The notes: generated by a model from the letters alone, not told the origin. Numbered from the stretch's first letter, positions 38,712 to 47,580 are shown. The stretch is DNA of 64,000 nt from Candidatus Xenobia bacterium (GCA_045863235.1 BTUM01000001.1:160001-224000); one strand, 5' to 3'. A program made the numbers and translations.

Positions 38712-39089
38712 CTCGATGGTGTTGGGGAGATCGGGCTCCGCGGGGGGAGCAACCAGATTCACCTGCGGGAACAACGGAGCGCGCCAAAAGTCAGCGGCGC
38801 GCGTCCAATCAGGAAACGCGTTCATCGACGTTCACCAAACCTTCCGTGGATTGTTGCGCACGGATCCTCATCGGATCCGTGCGCTGCCCTATCGGAATTG
38901 GAACGCCCACCCCTCAGCGGGCGCACAAAGGGACCAGAGCCCAGTCTGTGTGGGCTCTCCGGTAAGGCGCCGGGACTTGAGACCCGGCCCAGCTCGGCGC
39001 TGTTGCATCGACCTGGGGGCCTTCCAGGCGCTCCCCGATCCTGGCTCAGGTCGGTGGGGAGACGGAGCGCCTGCTCTCGGTGATTGTGG
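38712..39089 (-). ncRNA. Candidate structured non-coding RNA/leader
   Basis: ~380-nt gap without a convincing sense ORF, holding at least five stems; strand assumed from operon direction. Confidence 0.4.
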
Positions 39090-39359
39090 TTACGCGGCCG
39101 GCTTGGCCTGCGCTACCAGGGCCTGCAGTGTCGGGCGCTCAGGACGCGGGTTGCTCCAATACCAGGCCTTCATCCCATGAAAGATGGCGTGCTTGACCGG
39201 GTCGTTGGCAGCCGCGCGTTCGAGGCCGTCGACCTCGGCTTTGCCGCGCCGCCACATCGCGCCATCGTCGCTGTAGTCGTAAGCCCAGTCGGCGCTGATG
39301 CAGCGTTGGTAGTAAGTCTCGAGTTCCGGGTTCGTGTCATGACTCATCGTTGCTGTCAT
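39090..39359 (-). CDS. Hypothetical protein
   Basis: 89 aa with AGGAG Shine-Dalgarno. Confidence 0.65.
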   Translation of the reverse strand: MTATMSHDTNPELETYYQRCISADWAYDYSDDGAMWRRGKAEVDGLERAAANDPVKHAIFHGMKAWYWSNPRPERPTLQALVAQAKPAA

Positions 39360-39487
39360 TATGCTTGACTCCTGACTTGAGGGATTTTATTCGAACAAAA
39401 ACCGAACAGCGTTCAACCTGGTGCCCGAAAATTTGGCCCGGTTTTATGCCGGGCCGCAGGGCCCCATGGTTTAGTGAACTCTTTAGA

Positions 39488-39787
39488 TCAGCCGGTCTTG
39501 CGTCGCCCGCGGCTCAGCTCGAGGGTGCGCTGGTAGACCTCCTGCGGGGTTGGTGGGACAATCAGTGGCGAGCTCGGGCACCGTCGTCGGGGTCGCGGAG
39601 CGGGTGGCTGACCGAGCTCGTGGTCCAGCTTCCACTGCTCCACCACGGAGCGTCGGATGCGCAGGCGTCCCCGAGTCCCGCGCCTGACGGCGGTCAGCTC
39701 GCCGCGTCGGATCATTGTCCTGACGGTGCTCCGCCCGTAACCGAGCTCGGCGCACACCTGGGTTATGGAGAGCAACTGGTCAGTCAC
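39488..39787 (-). CDS. Excisionase-like HTH protein
   Basis: LLSITQVCAELGYGRSTVRTMIRRGELTA. Confidence 0.8.
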   Translation of the reverse strand: MTDQLLSITQVCAELGYGRSTVRTMIRRGELTAVRRGTRGRLRIRRSVVEQWKLDHELGQPPAPRPRRRCPSSPLIVPPTPQEVYQRTLELSRGRRKTG

Positions 39788-39984
39788 GACAGCCACCCCA
39801 TCTTGCGCAGCGCGAGCTCGAGCATCTCCGGGGGCACGCCGCTGGCCAGTTGCTGGTCGACGGCGTCGACCTGGTCGACTGTCAGGCTCGAGCACCAGGT
39901 CGGGCGGGAGCGGTTGGTGACGCAGAGGGGCTCAGGCTTCTGGTCGCAGAGCGGGCGGCCGGTCAGGATGTCCAGAAACAGCAT
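39784..39984 (-). CDS. Hypothetical protein
   Basis: 66 aa, AAGGA Shine-Dalgarno, coupled to xis. Confidence 0.55.
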   Translation of the reverse strand: MLFLDILTGRPLCDQKPEPLCVTNRSRPTWCSSLTVDQVDAVDQQLASGVPPEMLELALRKMGWLS

Positions 39985-40024
39985 CAGGCTTGAATTCCTT
40001 TCTGCAGGGTGGGCTGTACGCTCA

Positions 40025-40246
40025 TCACGAAGCCTGCGCCGTAGTATCTGCGTGCCAGAGGGTGGCTACAGGGATGCCGGTTACCTCGCTGATGAGCCTC
40101 ACGGTGCTCTCGCGCGGGACGCCGACACCTCGCATCGCCCGGTTGACGGTGGCTGCCCCGAGTCCCGCTGCTTGAGCGAGCCACTCCTGGGTCTTGTCGT
40201 GCTCGGCAAGCCAGACGCGGATTGCTCGTGCGTTTATTTTAATCAC
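40025..40246 (-). CDS. Cro-like XRE regulator 1
   Basis: GTG start after AGGAGG; TQEWLAQAAGLGAATVNRAM. Confidence 0.8.
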   Translation of the reverse strand: MIKINARAIRVWLAEHDKTQEWLAQAAGLGAATVNRAMRGVGVPRESTVRLISEVTGIPVATLWHADTTAQAS

Positions 40247-40320
40247 GGAGCTATCGCCTCCTGTCAGAGAATCTATCATATGATGATAAGTCGGTCAGGG
40301 GGATCGCTCACGCTGTCCGG

Positions 40321-40770
40321 GTGCTCCGCGCGGAGCGGGGCATGTCGCAAAAGGACCTGGCTGATGCTGCGGGTGTCGGCATAGCCACGGTCACGCGGCT
40401 CGAGGCCGGGAATCAGGTTACTCGTTCCACGCTGGAGAACGTCGCCCGGGCGCTTGGCACGACCGTGCAGGACCTGGACAGCTTCAGTTTCGTCCAGAAG
40501 GCCAGGGCCATTCTGCCGGGTGAAGTCCTCGTCGATTCGGTTGACGAGCGTCTCCGACGCATCGAGCGCAAGATCGACCTCATCATCGACCAGGTCCAGG
40601 ACGACTGGCGGGCGGTCCTGCCCTTTGCCTGGCGGTACTGCCGAGCGATGGGCGAGGACCCGGTGGAAAAGCCCCGCTACCGGCTTCAGGCCGAGGAACT
40701 GGCGCAGCGCATCTGGTACCTGCTCGAGGACGACGAGGCCATTGCTCGCCTGCTGGGTTCCGATCACTGA
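40321..40770 (+). CDS. CI-like XRE repressor 1 (start uncertain; frame is open from a CTG at 40261)
   Basis: MSQKDLADAAGVGIATVTRLEAG; divergent from Cro-like gene. Confidence 0.8.
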   Translation: MLRAERGMSQKDLADAAGVGIATVTRLEAGNQVTRSTLENVARALGTTVQDLDSFSFVQKARAILPGEVLVDSVDERLRRIERKIDLIIDQVQDDWRAVLPFAWRYCRAMGEDPVEKPRYRLQAEELAQRIWYLLEDDEAIARLLGSDH

Positions 40771-40967
40771 CATTTCCCTTTCCGACTTCAGCCCCCGAGT
40801 GGGCTCTCGCGGCGTGGGGGGGGTCCACCGAGAATGCGGGTGAAGGCTGAGTAATCTTTCCATGCTCTGTCCGGTGACGGCGGGCATAGACCGGGCCACG
40901 GTCGCAGGAGCAACCTCCAGGCCACATAGCACCCCCAGGCTTACCGCGATGACCCAGAATGGCGTTC

Positions 40968-41303
40968 TCACGCTGCACCTTCCCGGAAGGCCCTCAGTCG
41001 CTCTCTGACCTCAAGCACCTTTCGACGCATGAACACTGTTCTGCGCGTTCTGCGCCTCTGTTCCAGCCGGGAGAGCGCCCATTCCAGGTCGTTGGCGACC
41101 TCGCGGGCGAGTTCCAGTTGCGCCCGCAGCCGTTCGACTGTGATATCCGGAATTTTCAGTTCAACCTCGGCGAGCAGTCCGATATACACGTAATTGCCGT
41201 GTGAAGGGTGGCCTATATTGCAGGCAAAAGCTATCGCCACAGAGCCTCCTCTTGGTTGAATTTCTTTGGACGGGACGGGTACGGGGGTCGGGTCGAAGGT
41301 CAA
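40968..41303 (-). CDS. Hypothetical protein
   Basis: 111 aa downstream of Cro-like 2. Confidence 0.4.
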   Translation of the reverse strand: MTFDPTPVPVPSKEIQPRGGSVAIAFACNIGHPSHGNYVYIGLLAEVELKIPDITVERLRAQLELAREVANDLEWALSRLEQRRRTRRTVFMRRKVLEVRERLRAFREGAA

Positions 41304-41351
41304 CCGGAATCAATGGAGAGTCTTATGGCTGCAGTCGAAAACTCGAACACC

Positions 41352-41570
41352 TCAGGCCACCGCTCCTTCTTGAGTTGCATCGGACATCAGAGCTTCCTCT
41401 GCTATTCCGGTTATATGGCTCAGCATGCGAATGGTTGCCAGGCGAGGACGAGCACTGCCTTGCATGGCACGGCTCAAAGTTGCCAGGCCTATGCCGGCTT
41501 TTCTCGCCAGCCAGGCCTGGCTTTGATTCTGTTCAGCCAACCACACGCGAATCAGTCTTGCATTCAGCAA
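41352..41570 (-). CDS. Cro-like XRE regulator 2
   Basis: SQAWLARKAGIGLATLSRAM; clear paralogue of regulator 1. Confidence 0.8.
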   Translation of the reverse strand: MLNARLIRVWLAEQNQSQAWLARKAGIGLATLSRAMQGSARPRLATIRMLSHITGIAEEALMSDATQEGAVA

Positions 41571-41585
41571 CGTCGTCCGACTCCG

Positions 41586-41613
41586 CTCGATTCAAGTGAG
41601 TCGAGTATACTCG
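41586..41613. promoter_or_regulatory. Candidate operators of second switch
   Basis: CTCGATTCA-AG-TGAGTCGAG inverted repeat and CGAGTATACTCG palindrome containing TATACT. Confidence 0.45.
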
Positions 41614-41614
41614 G

Positions 41615-42154
41615 TTGAGTATTCCTGTGTCAAGCGATCTGATCGAGGCCTTCGGAAAGCGTCTAGAAGCGCTAAGGAAGGCGCGTGGACTTGAGCGAGC
41701 TCAGTTGGCAGAAGCTGCCGGCATGCTGCCTTCAGTCATCTCTAACTGGGAGAATGGCTTACGGACTAATGTGCAGCTTCCATCTTTGCTCAGGCTTGCT
41801 GACGCTCTGAATGTTACTCTGGATGAACTTGTTGGACGTAGCGCTCTGCAGCGAGATTCTCCAGGTTCTATCGGTGAAGCACTTCTTCAGGTGGATAAGG
41901 CAAGAATTGCTTTAGATGAAGCGCATCGGCAACTGAAGCTTGTTTGTGAGCGAGCCGTAAAACAGACACATTTACCAGAATTCTACCGTGGAGCAAGAGA
42001 ATATGCGCCTCTCCCAGTCGGGCAGGCGGCGAGTCAGGACGCGCCAGAGGTCACCGAGGCTGAGCGGAAGACGGCTCTGCGCCGGGCCGCGCGAGATAAG
42101 AAGCGGGATGCGGAGGCCGTCGAGAAGAACCCGGACCCGTTTAAGGGGCTTTGA
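41615..42154 (+). CDS. CI-like XRE repressor 2
   Basis: FGKRLEALRKARGL...ISNWENG...LADALNVTLDELVG. Confidence 0.88.
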   Translation: MSIPVSSDLIEAFGKRLEALRKARGLERAQLAEAAGMLPSVISNWENGLRTNVQLPSLLRLADALNVTLDELVGRSALQRDSPGSIGEALLQVDKARIALDEAHRQLKLVCERAVKQTHLPEFYRGAREYAPLPVGQAASQDAPEVTEAERKTALRRAARDKKRDAEAVEKNPDPFKGL

Positions 42155-42390
42155 GCAAGCGGTTCAAGTCGATGCGCGGGCGGAGTTTCCTGGCCGTGCT
42201 GGAGAGAGCGCCGCTCTGCTATGAGGTGGAGCGACAGAAGGGGTCACATATGCTGATGAAATCGGCGGCTGGCTATCCCGACCTCCTCTTTGCTTTCCAC
42301 GGCAACGCAAACATTCCGGGCGGCCTGGTAAAGAGGATCCTCGTCGGCCATATCGGACTTTCAGAGGAGGAGGCACTCGGTCTGCTATGA
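42151..42390 (+). CDS. hicA: HicA-family toxin
   Basis: RQKGSH...H...GLVKRIL. Confidence 0.85.
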   Translation: MSKRFKSMRGRSFLAVLERAPLCYEVERQKGSHMLMKSAAGYPDLLFAFHGNANIPGGLVKRILVGHIGLSEEEALGLL

Positions 42391-42635
42391 CTCTTGCGGA
42401 GATTCAACTGGTTTACCACGAGGAGCCGGACGGCTGGTGGGCGGAATCGCCGGATGTGCCGGGCCTGTTCATTGCCGGCAAGGATGTCTACGAGGTCAAT
42501 GGTCTGCTGCTCGAGACCCTGTCTTCGGCCTATGCTGAGGGCTACACGGTCGGCAAGGTCAAGTTCGAGAGCCATCGGCGGCGAGGCCGGCGTCCGTCCT
42601 TCGGGGCCCGAAGGAGAGCTGGAGGAGGAGTCTAG
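42387..42635 (+). CDS. hicB: HicB-family antitoxin (short)
   Basis: GWWAESPDVPGLFIAG motif, coupled to hicA. Confidence 0.8.
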   Translation: MTLAEIQLVYHEEPDGWWAESPDVPGLFIAGKDVYEVNGLLLETLSSAYAEGYTVGKVKFESHRRRGRRPSFGARRRAGGGV

Positions 42636-42640
42636 TCGAA

Positions 42641-43255
42641 ATGGTGGGGGCAAATGTTGAGAGTCCGTTGAACGGGGTCTGGCATACTCGGTCGATGGAC
42701 TTCAGTCGATGGGCTGACATTCGGGACGAGCTGCTCGAGCGGGTTGCCCGGCAGCACTGCGTCAACCCTTTCCCGCCAGCGAGGGTGCTCGGCCTGGTGG
42801 TCGAGTTGCTCGGCTACCAGCTGGTCACCGACCCCGAGCTCGGGGAGGGGTTGCGGGCGGTGGTGGACGTGGTGGCTCGGACTATCCGGCAGAACCCGCG
42901 CTGGTCGCCTGACCCGAGGCGGTGCACCCCGGCCCGGCTCCGCCAGGCGGTAGCCCACGAGATTGGCCACGTCGTGCTGCACACCCACGAGCTGCTGGCC
43001 GGCGTGCGGTCGGAGCGCCAGGAGATCGAGGCCGAGGCCTTTGCCCGCGTGTTCCTGGTGCCTCGCCAATTGGTGCTCAGGTCGCGGCGCCTTCGGGCTA
43101 TCGAGCAGAGCACCGGCCGCCAGCGCAGCAACCAGGTCGCCGGACTGGCGGACGAGCTCTGGGTCACGCCCGAGCTGGTGTGGGTCAGGCTGCGGGAGGC
43201 CGGCCTGGTCGAGCCGGCGTCGCGGGTGAACATCCGGAAGGGGGTGGTGGGGTAA
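42641..43255 (+). CDS. ImmA/IrrE-family metallopeptidase
   Basis: AVAHEIGH...EIEAEAFARVFLVP. Confidence 0.88.
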   Translation: MVGANVESPLNGVWHTRSMDFSRWADIRDELLERVARQHCVNPFPPARVLGLVVELLGYQLVTDPELGEGLRAVVDVVARTIRQNPRWSPDPRRCTPARLRQAVAHEIGHVVLHTHELLAGVRSERQEIEAEAFARVFLVPRQLVLRSRRLRAIEQSTGRQRSNQVAGLADELWVTPELVWVRLREAGLVEPASRVNIRKGVVG

Positions 43256-43779
43256 TGTTTTGTCCAGCGTGCGGCAAAGAGAACCAGAACGGTGCCAAGT
43301 TCTGCCAGTCCTGCGGAAAGAATGTCGTTGAGGCTGCTGGCGGCGTATTTCCGCCCGCAGTCGTATCGGTCTCTAAGACTGTGGTCGCATTCGAGAAACC
43401 GCATTGGACAAAGCAGAGCATTGGTTGTTCCGGATGTTTGAAATTCTTTATGATAGGGGGCCTGATTCTCTTTATCGTTGGCTTGTTCCAAGCTGGTCCC
43501 CCTCCTGACAGACCGTATACTGGTGAGGACGGACATACAGCGTCGGCTGCTTTTGTTGGAGTAGACAGTACGAGCTTTGGTGAATTGCGCAAAGCGAAAC
43601 TCGCGAATGACGACCATGGTGTGCGGGAGTTAATCTTGCGCGATAAGGTCTTTGCAATTGAGAAGGGCACGAAGATAAAAGTCCTGGAAGTGGGATTTGA
43701 GACCAGCACAATCCGTATTCTCGATGGACCATATGCTGGACGGAAGGGTATAGTCCAGAATAAGGCGGTTGGCCGATGA
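43255..43779 (+). CDS. Zinc-ribbon membrane protein
   Basis: MFCPACGKEN...AKFCQSCG plus one TM helix; lower GC. Confidence 0.8.
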   Translation: MFCPACGKENQNGAKFCQSCGKNVVEAAGGVFPPAVVSVSKTVVAFEKPHWTKQSIGCSGCLKFFMIGGLILFIVGLFQAGPPPDRPYTGEDGHTASAAFVGVDSTSFGELRKAKLANDDHGVRELILRDKVFAIEKGTKIKVLEVGFETSTIRILDGPYAGRKGIVQNKAVGR

Positions 43780-43894
43780 CCAACTGAGCCACGACCAGGT
43801 GGCGAGCTTGGAGACCACCCTGCCAGGCCAGCCTGCTCTATAACGCACTGTGATGACTGCGGCGCGGCACTGACATATGGGTGCCGGAGCCGGA

Positions 43895-44050
43895 ATGACT
43901 CGCCGCCCCGGCTTGGCCATCTTCACCCTCGGCGTTCTGCTGGCGCTGATCGCCCCCGAGCTGGGCCACGACGACGTGGCGAGCTGGGGGTACCGGGTGG
44001 CGGAGCTGGGGTTGGTGGTGCTGTTGGTGGTGGAGGTCCGGAGAATTTGA
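43895..44050 (+). CDS. Small two-TM membrane protein (51 aa)
   Basis: Manual translation MTRRPGLAIFTLGVLLALIAP...LGLVVLLVVEVRRI. Confidence 0.5.
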   Translation: MTRRPGLAIFTLGVLLALIAPELGHDDVASWGYRVAELGLVVLLVVEVRRI

Positions 44051-44113
44051 TCCGGGGCAGAACACGGTGACACTACTTGTCACATTGATTGATAGAGTAA
44101 GGGGGATGGTTGT

Positions 44114-45112
44114 TTGCCGGAAAACGACAACATGGTTCCGAGGAAGGTTCGGTTCTACCAGATGGACGCCGGGGAGCGAAATGGACAACCGGTTCCGTTT
44201 CCCATCGGCGATCTACTGGGGCATATCAGCCAACTTACAGAGGAGCAGCGTTTACGCCGCTACGCCGTAGCAGGGCAAGCGACTGACACGTTCTGCTGGG
44301 TTGACCGGGCACAAACCGAGCCTCCTTACAGGGCTAGATTCGCCGTGATCAGGATGGCGGGGTTACCGGCCAAGTTTCAACTAGGAAACCTCGAAGACCT
44401 GGATATGGCCGCTGGCGAGGGTTTAGCGGAAATCTGCCACGTTCTGTTTTTTCAGGACGCGGGTAACACGGTCGCTAAACTATACAACCATCACGGTCCA
44501 CGAATCGGCCGCATTTTGACGTACCTTCAGGACCTCGCTCCAGACAGCTTCAGGGCCAATCATCCACTGTTGGACTTCGACCGCCTCGTGAGACGGGACG
44601 CCTGGGAGCGGTGTCAGCGAGTCGCCGCGATCAAGTTGCTTAGCTTGAGGGTCAGACCATCGACAGGCGCTCGTCGGGAAGATGCGAATAACAAATTTGC
44701 GCGGGCACTCCGTGTCCTCTTTGAAGGTACGGGCGCTCGAGACATCGAAATAACGCTAAACACTGGATCTCGCAGCCGGACTGAGCCAGATTCCCTGAGC
44801 ACGGAACTGGTTGAGGAGATCCGAGAGGTCATTTTGGGGGATGAGTTTGCTACGGAGTCGGCTGAACTGTCGGGCTTCGTAACGAACCTCCAGCTCCCGA
44901 ACCGAGCAAATGGACGCCCTCACCTCGACAGCTTCGGGGTTGACCTGGTGGACGACAGTATGCTTGACGGAGTCGAGGTTCGTAAGCGCGCTGACGCCAC
45001 CAACCTGATTGAAGATTCATCAGCGTATGCCGCACTCCTGAGGTCCTATCATGACAACTACGAAACAATCCAGCAGTGCGTCCGGATCAGCCGCCACCCA
45101 AGACGCGCCTGA
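44114..45112 (+). CDS. Soluble accessory protein (DUF6731-like)
   Basis: 332 aa, EGLAEICHVLFF...YNHHGPR pattern; lower GC. Confidence 0.55.
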   Translation: MPENDNMVPRKVRFYQMDAGERNGQPVPFPIGDLLGHISQLTEEQRLRRYAVAGQATDTFCWVDRAQTEPPYRARFAVIRMAGLPAKFQLGNLEDLDMAAGEGLAEICHVLFFQDAGNTVAKLYNHHGPRIGRILTYLQDLAPDSFRANHPLLDFDRLVRRDAWERCQRVAAIKLLSLRVRPSTGARREDANNKFARALRVLFEGTGARDIEITLNTGSRSRTEPDSLSTELVEEIREVILGDEFATESAELSGFVTNLQLPNRANGRPHLDSFGVDLVDDSMLDGVEVRKRADATNLIEDSSAYAALLRSYHDNYETIQQCVRISRHPRRA

Positions 45113-45113
45113 T

Positions 45114-45743
45114 ATGCTAAAGGTAAGTTGGCTCGTTGAGACTATCGTTGACGCGCACTGGATAAAGCTGTTGATCTTGTCCGCGTTAATTGCGACACCG
45201 TGGTGCTACGTCGAGCGTGCACACCTCTGGGACGACCAGACTCTGAGCTCGACGGGCCCAACGGTGTATGGATCGGTGGCAAGTACCGCGGCCTCAGTTC
45301 TAGGCTTTCTCATCACCGCCCTCACGATCGTGCTGGGCTACTTGAGATCTCGAGAACTCCGTTTCTTGCGGAAAGAAAAAGTCTTCAAGTCGCTCACTGG
45401 CTCGTTCGTCGTCTCAATTTGGAGTGTGTGCTTCTTGATGGCAGCGGGCTTAGCTGGCTGCTTCCTGTATCGCGAGCCCATTCTGGCTTGCATATTGCTA
45501 TTCCTCATGATCTACACGGCATTGACCATCCTCCAGTCCACTCTGACGCTCGGGCTGCTGTCGGCTTACGTGTTGCACCAGATTGACCAGGACCTGGAAA
45601 AAGCCGAGAAAAAGAAAGCAGATCATGAGAAGCAACGAGCCTTAAAGGCCCTTCACGAGGAAGAGAAGAAGCGGCAAGAAGCGGTCAAAGCTCTCGCCGC
45701 GCCGCAGGAAGGCATTGCCCCTCCCCCCGAATCTACCACGTGA
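45114..45743 (+). CDS. Four-TM membrane protein with charged tail
   Basis: ATG 1 nt after previous stop; four hydrophobic segments. Confidence 0.75.
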   Translation: MLKVSWLVETIVDAHWIKLLILSALIATPWCYVERAHLWDDQTLSSTGPTVYGSVASTAASVLGFLITALTIVLGYLRSRELRFLRKEKVFKSLTGSFVVSIWSVCFLMAAGLAGCFLYREPILACILLFLMIYTALTILQSTLTLGLLSAYVLHQIDQDLEKAEKKKADHEKQRALKALHEEEKKRQEAVKALAAPQEGIAPPPESTT

Positions 45744-45837
45744 AAAAGAATCAGCCCGGCCCCGAGGGGACCAGGCCGAAGCTCCAACAGCCGTGTTTTC
45801 TCCCCTCCCCGGCCGCGCACCTGTCGTGAGGTGACCC

Positions 45838-46980
45838 ATGGCCAAAGCCAACAACCGCGACCGAGGCCTCATCCAGTATCCTGACGGAACCTGGGGCGTG
45901 CTGTGCGTCCTGGGTGGCAGCCGACATAAGCGCAAGGTTGGCACGAAGGACCAGGCCCGCGCCTACTACACGTGGTGCCAGCAGCAGAATCGTGAGCGGG
46001 CTCGGGGCGACTGGGTGGAGCCAGAGCCCGAGCTCGAGCTCCCGACGGTGGAGGCAGCGGTCGAGGAGTTCCTGGAGATTCGCCGGGCCCGGGGCAGCGA
46101 GTCGTCGCTGGCTGGTTACCGGGGCAACGGCCGGCTCTTCAATGAGCTTTACGGGGGACTGAGACTGGACCAGCTGACCCCCCGCCTGGTGGAGGCCTTC
46201 GTTCGGGGGCGGCTCGAGGCGGGGGTGTCGCCGGCGACGGTCAACCGCCAGCTCGCCTTCCTGAAGGGCGTGTACCGGGAGGCTGCCAGGAACCTGCCCG
46301 CCGACTGGCAGAACCCGATGGCCCGGGTGAAGATGCTGCGGGAGGACACGCACCGGGAGTCCTTCCTGACGCCGGAGCAGCAGGAGCGGCTCCGGGATCA
46401 CCTGCCGAGGTGGTGCTGGCTCCTGGTGGTGGTGGCGGTGCTGACCGGGGTCCGCCAGGGGAACTTGCTGCGGCTCCGGCGCGGCGACGTCGATCGGGAG
46501 CGCAAGATGGCCAGGCTGCCCCGGACGAAGGACGGGAAGCACTTCTGGGTCCACTTGTCCGACCAGGCCCTGGCCGCGCTGCTCGAGCAGATGGGGGAGC
46601 GTGAGGATGAGGAGTCCTGCCGGGACGAGCTGGTCTGGGCGACGTCAGCCGGCACGCCCATCAACCCGGCCAATCTGCACAACCGCGTCTGGAAGCCGGC
46701 TCTGAAGGCGGCGGGCATCGAGGGGTTCCGTTGGCACGACCTCCGTCACACGACGGCCCAGCGGCTGATCGAGCTGGCGGGCTACGACCTTTACACCGTG
46801 CAGAAGCTGCTGGGGCACAAGCACCCCAAGACGACCCAGCGCTATGCTCAGTTGAGCGAAGCTCACCTGCGGAAGGCTGCAGAAGCGCTTTCAACAGTCG
46901 GGCCGGCACTCGTTCAAGTGCCCCCGGTGGGATTACCACGAAATGACCACCCGGCCGATCGAACATTCTCGGACAACTAG
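45838..46980 (+). CDS. int: Tyrosine integrase of the prophage
   Basis: TGVRQG, WHDLRHT, LLGH, TQRY; adjacent to att core. Confidence 0.95.
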   Translation: MAKANNRDRGLIQYPDGTWGVLCVLGGSRHKRKVGTKDQARAYYTWCQQQNRERARGDWVEPEPELELPTVEAAVEEFLEIRRARGSESSLAGYRGNGRLFNELYGGLRLDQLTPRLVEAFVRGRLEAGVSPATVNRQLAFLKGVYREAARNLPADWQNPMARVKMLREDTHRESFLTPEQQERLRDHLPRWCWLLVVVAVLTGVRQGNLLRLRRGDVDRERKMARLPRTKDGKHFWVHLSDQALAALLEQMGEREDEESCRDELVWATSAGTPINPANLHNRVWKPALKAAGIEGFRWHDLRHTTAQRLIELAGYDLYTVQKLLGHKHPKTTQRYAQLSEAHLRKAAEALSTVGPALVQVPPVGLPRNDHPADRTFSDN

Positions 46981-47014
46981 ATCCTGAGCCATTCTGTCGG
47001 GCTGTGACCATCCC

Positions 47015-47091
47015 ACTGAAAATCGCAGTGTCGCCAGTTCAATTCTGGCCCTCGGCACCAACGATAAGCCCGCTCCAGAGCGGGCTTTCGT
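47015..47091 (+). repeat. att core copy 1: 3' half of tRNA-Phe(GAA) plus terminator
   Basis: ACTGAAAATCGCAG...GTTCAATTC...GGCACCA then hairpin; identical to 55228-55304; 5' tRNA half absent. Confidence 0.93.
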
Positions 47092-47096
47092 GTTTG
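47067..47096 (+). terminator. tRNA terminator copy
   Basis: AAGCCCGCTC-CA-GAGCGGGCTT followed by TCGTGTTTG. Confidence 0.8.
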
Positions 47097-47151
47097 TCGG
47101 GCAGCTGATAGGACTGTCAAACACAGTCCTAAACAGGCAAATTCAGGGAAG

Positions 47152-47172
47152 TAACTGCCACTGAAACTGCCA
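47152..47172. promoter_or_regulatory. Candidate integrase arm-type site (left)
   Basis: TAACTGCCACTGAAACTGCCA, 18/21 identical to 55144-55164. Confidence 0.6.
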
Positions 47173-47251
47173 GCAGTTCAGCAGGGTTTTGCCTCTGGCC
47201 AGGGGCGGAAACCGTTCCGTCGAAGTTGCCCTGACAACGTGGGGGTGAACC

Positions 47252-47536
47252 GTGAAAGCCATCGCGCTCGTTCTCGCCTTTATGCTCTGCTGGCTGCCCG
47301 CGCTGGCGGGCAGGTGCACTGGCTCCGGTCCTTGCAACGCTTGCAGCACGTGTAGCAGTTGCGCTCACTGCAAAGCCGGGGGAACCTGTGGGGTCTGTGC
47401 GCCGTCCAAGCCTCGCGCTCAGCCGACCAGGCAGCCCGGGCAGACCGTACAGCGCTGCCAGGCGACCACTAAGAAGGGTACCCAGTGCAAGCGGTCGGCC
47501 AAGCCCGGCTCGAGCGCCTGTTGGCAGCACCAGTAA
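47252..47536 (+). CDS. Secreted Cys-rich small protein
   Basis: Signal peptide, CxxCxxCxxCxxC cluster, C-terminal CQATTKKGTQC...CWQH. Confidence 0.75.
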   Translation: MKAIALVLAFMLCWLPALAGRCTGSGPCNACSTCSSCAHCKAGGTCGVCAPSKPRAQPTRQPGQTVQRCQATTKKGTQCKRSAKPGSSACWQHQ

Positions 47537-47580
47537 ACAGTAGCCAGCCAAGCAGCCATTGACCTATGTCAGCTGGAAGG

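Larger units (their letters stand above)
1..47091. mobile_element. Temperate siphovirus-like prophage (left part outside window), right end at tRNA-Phe-derived att core
   Basis: Complete gene order terS-terL-portal-protease-capsid-neck-tail-tape measure, replication/early genes, repressor pairs and tyrosine integrase directly next to a tRNA 3' fragment. Confidence 0.95.

Noticed and set aside
141..39180. Many long plus-strand ORFs (e.g. 1341-2807, 11479-12657, 15238-16506, 29930-31315, 31920-33128)
   Set aside because: Antisense shadows of well-supported minus-strand phage genes in GC-rich DNA; no motifs
47015..47060. Intact tRNA-Phe gene
   Set aside because: Only anticodon loop to CCA present; no 5' GCCGAGG acceptor strand or D-arm. 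The intact gene is presumably at the far prophage end
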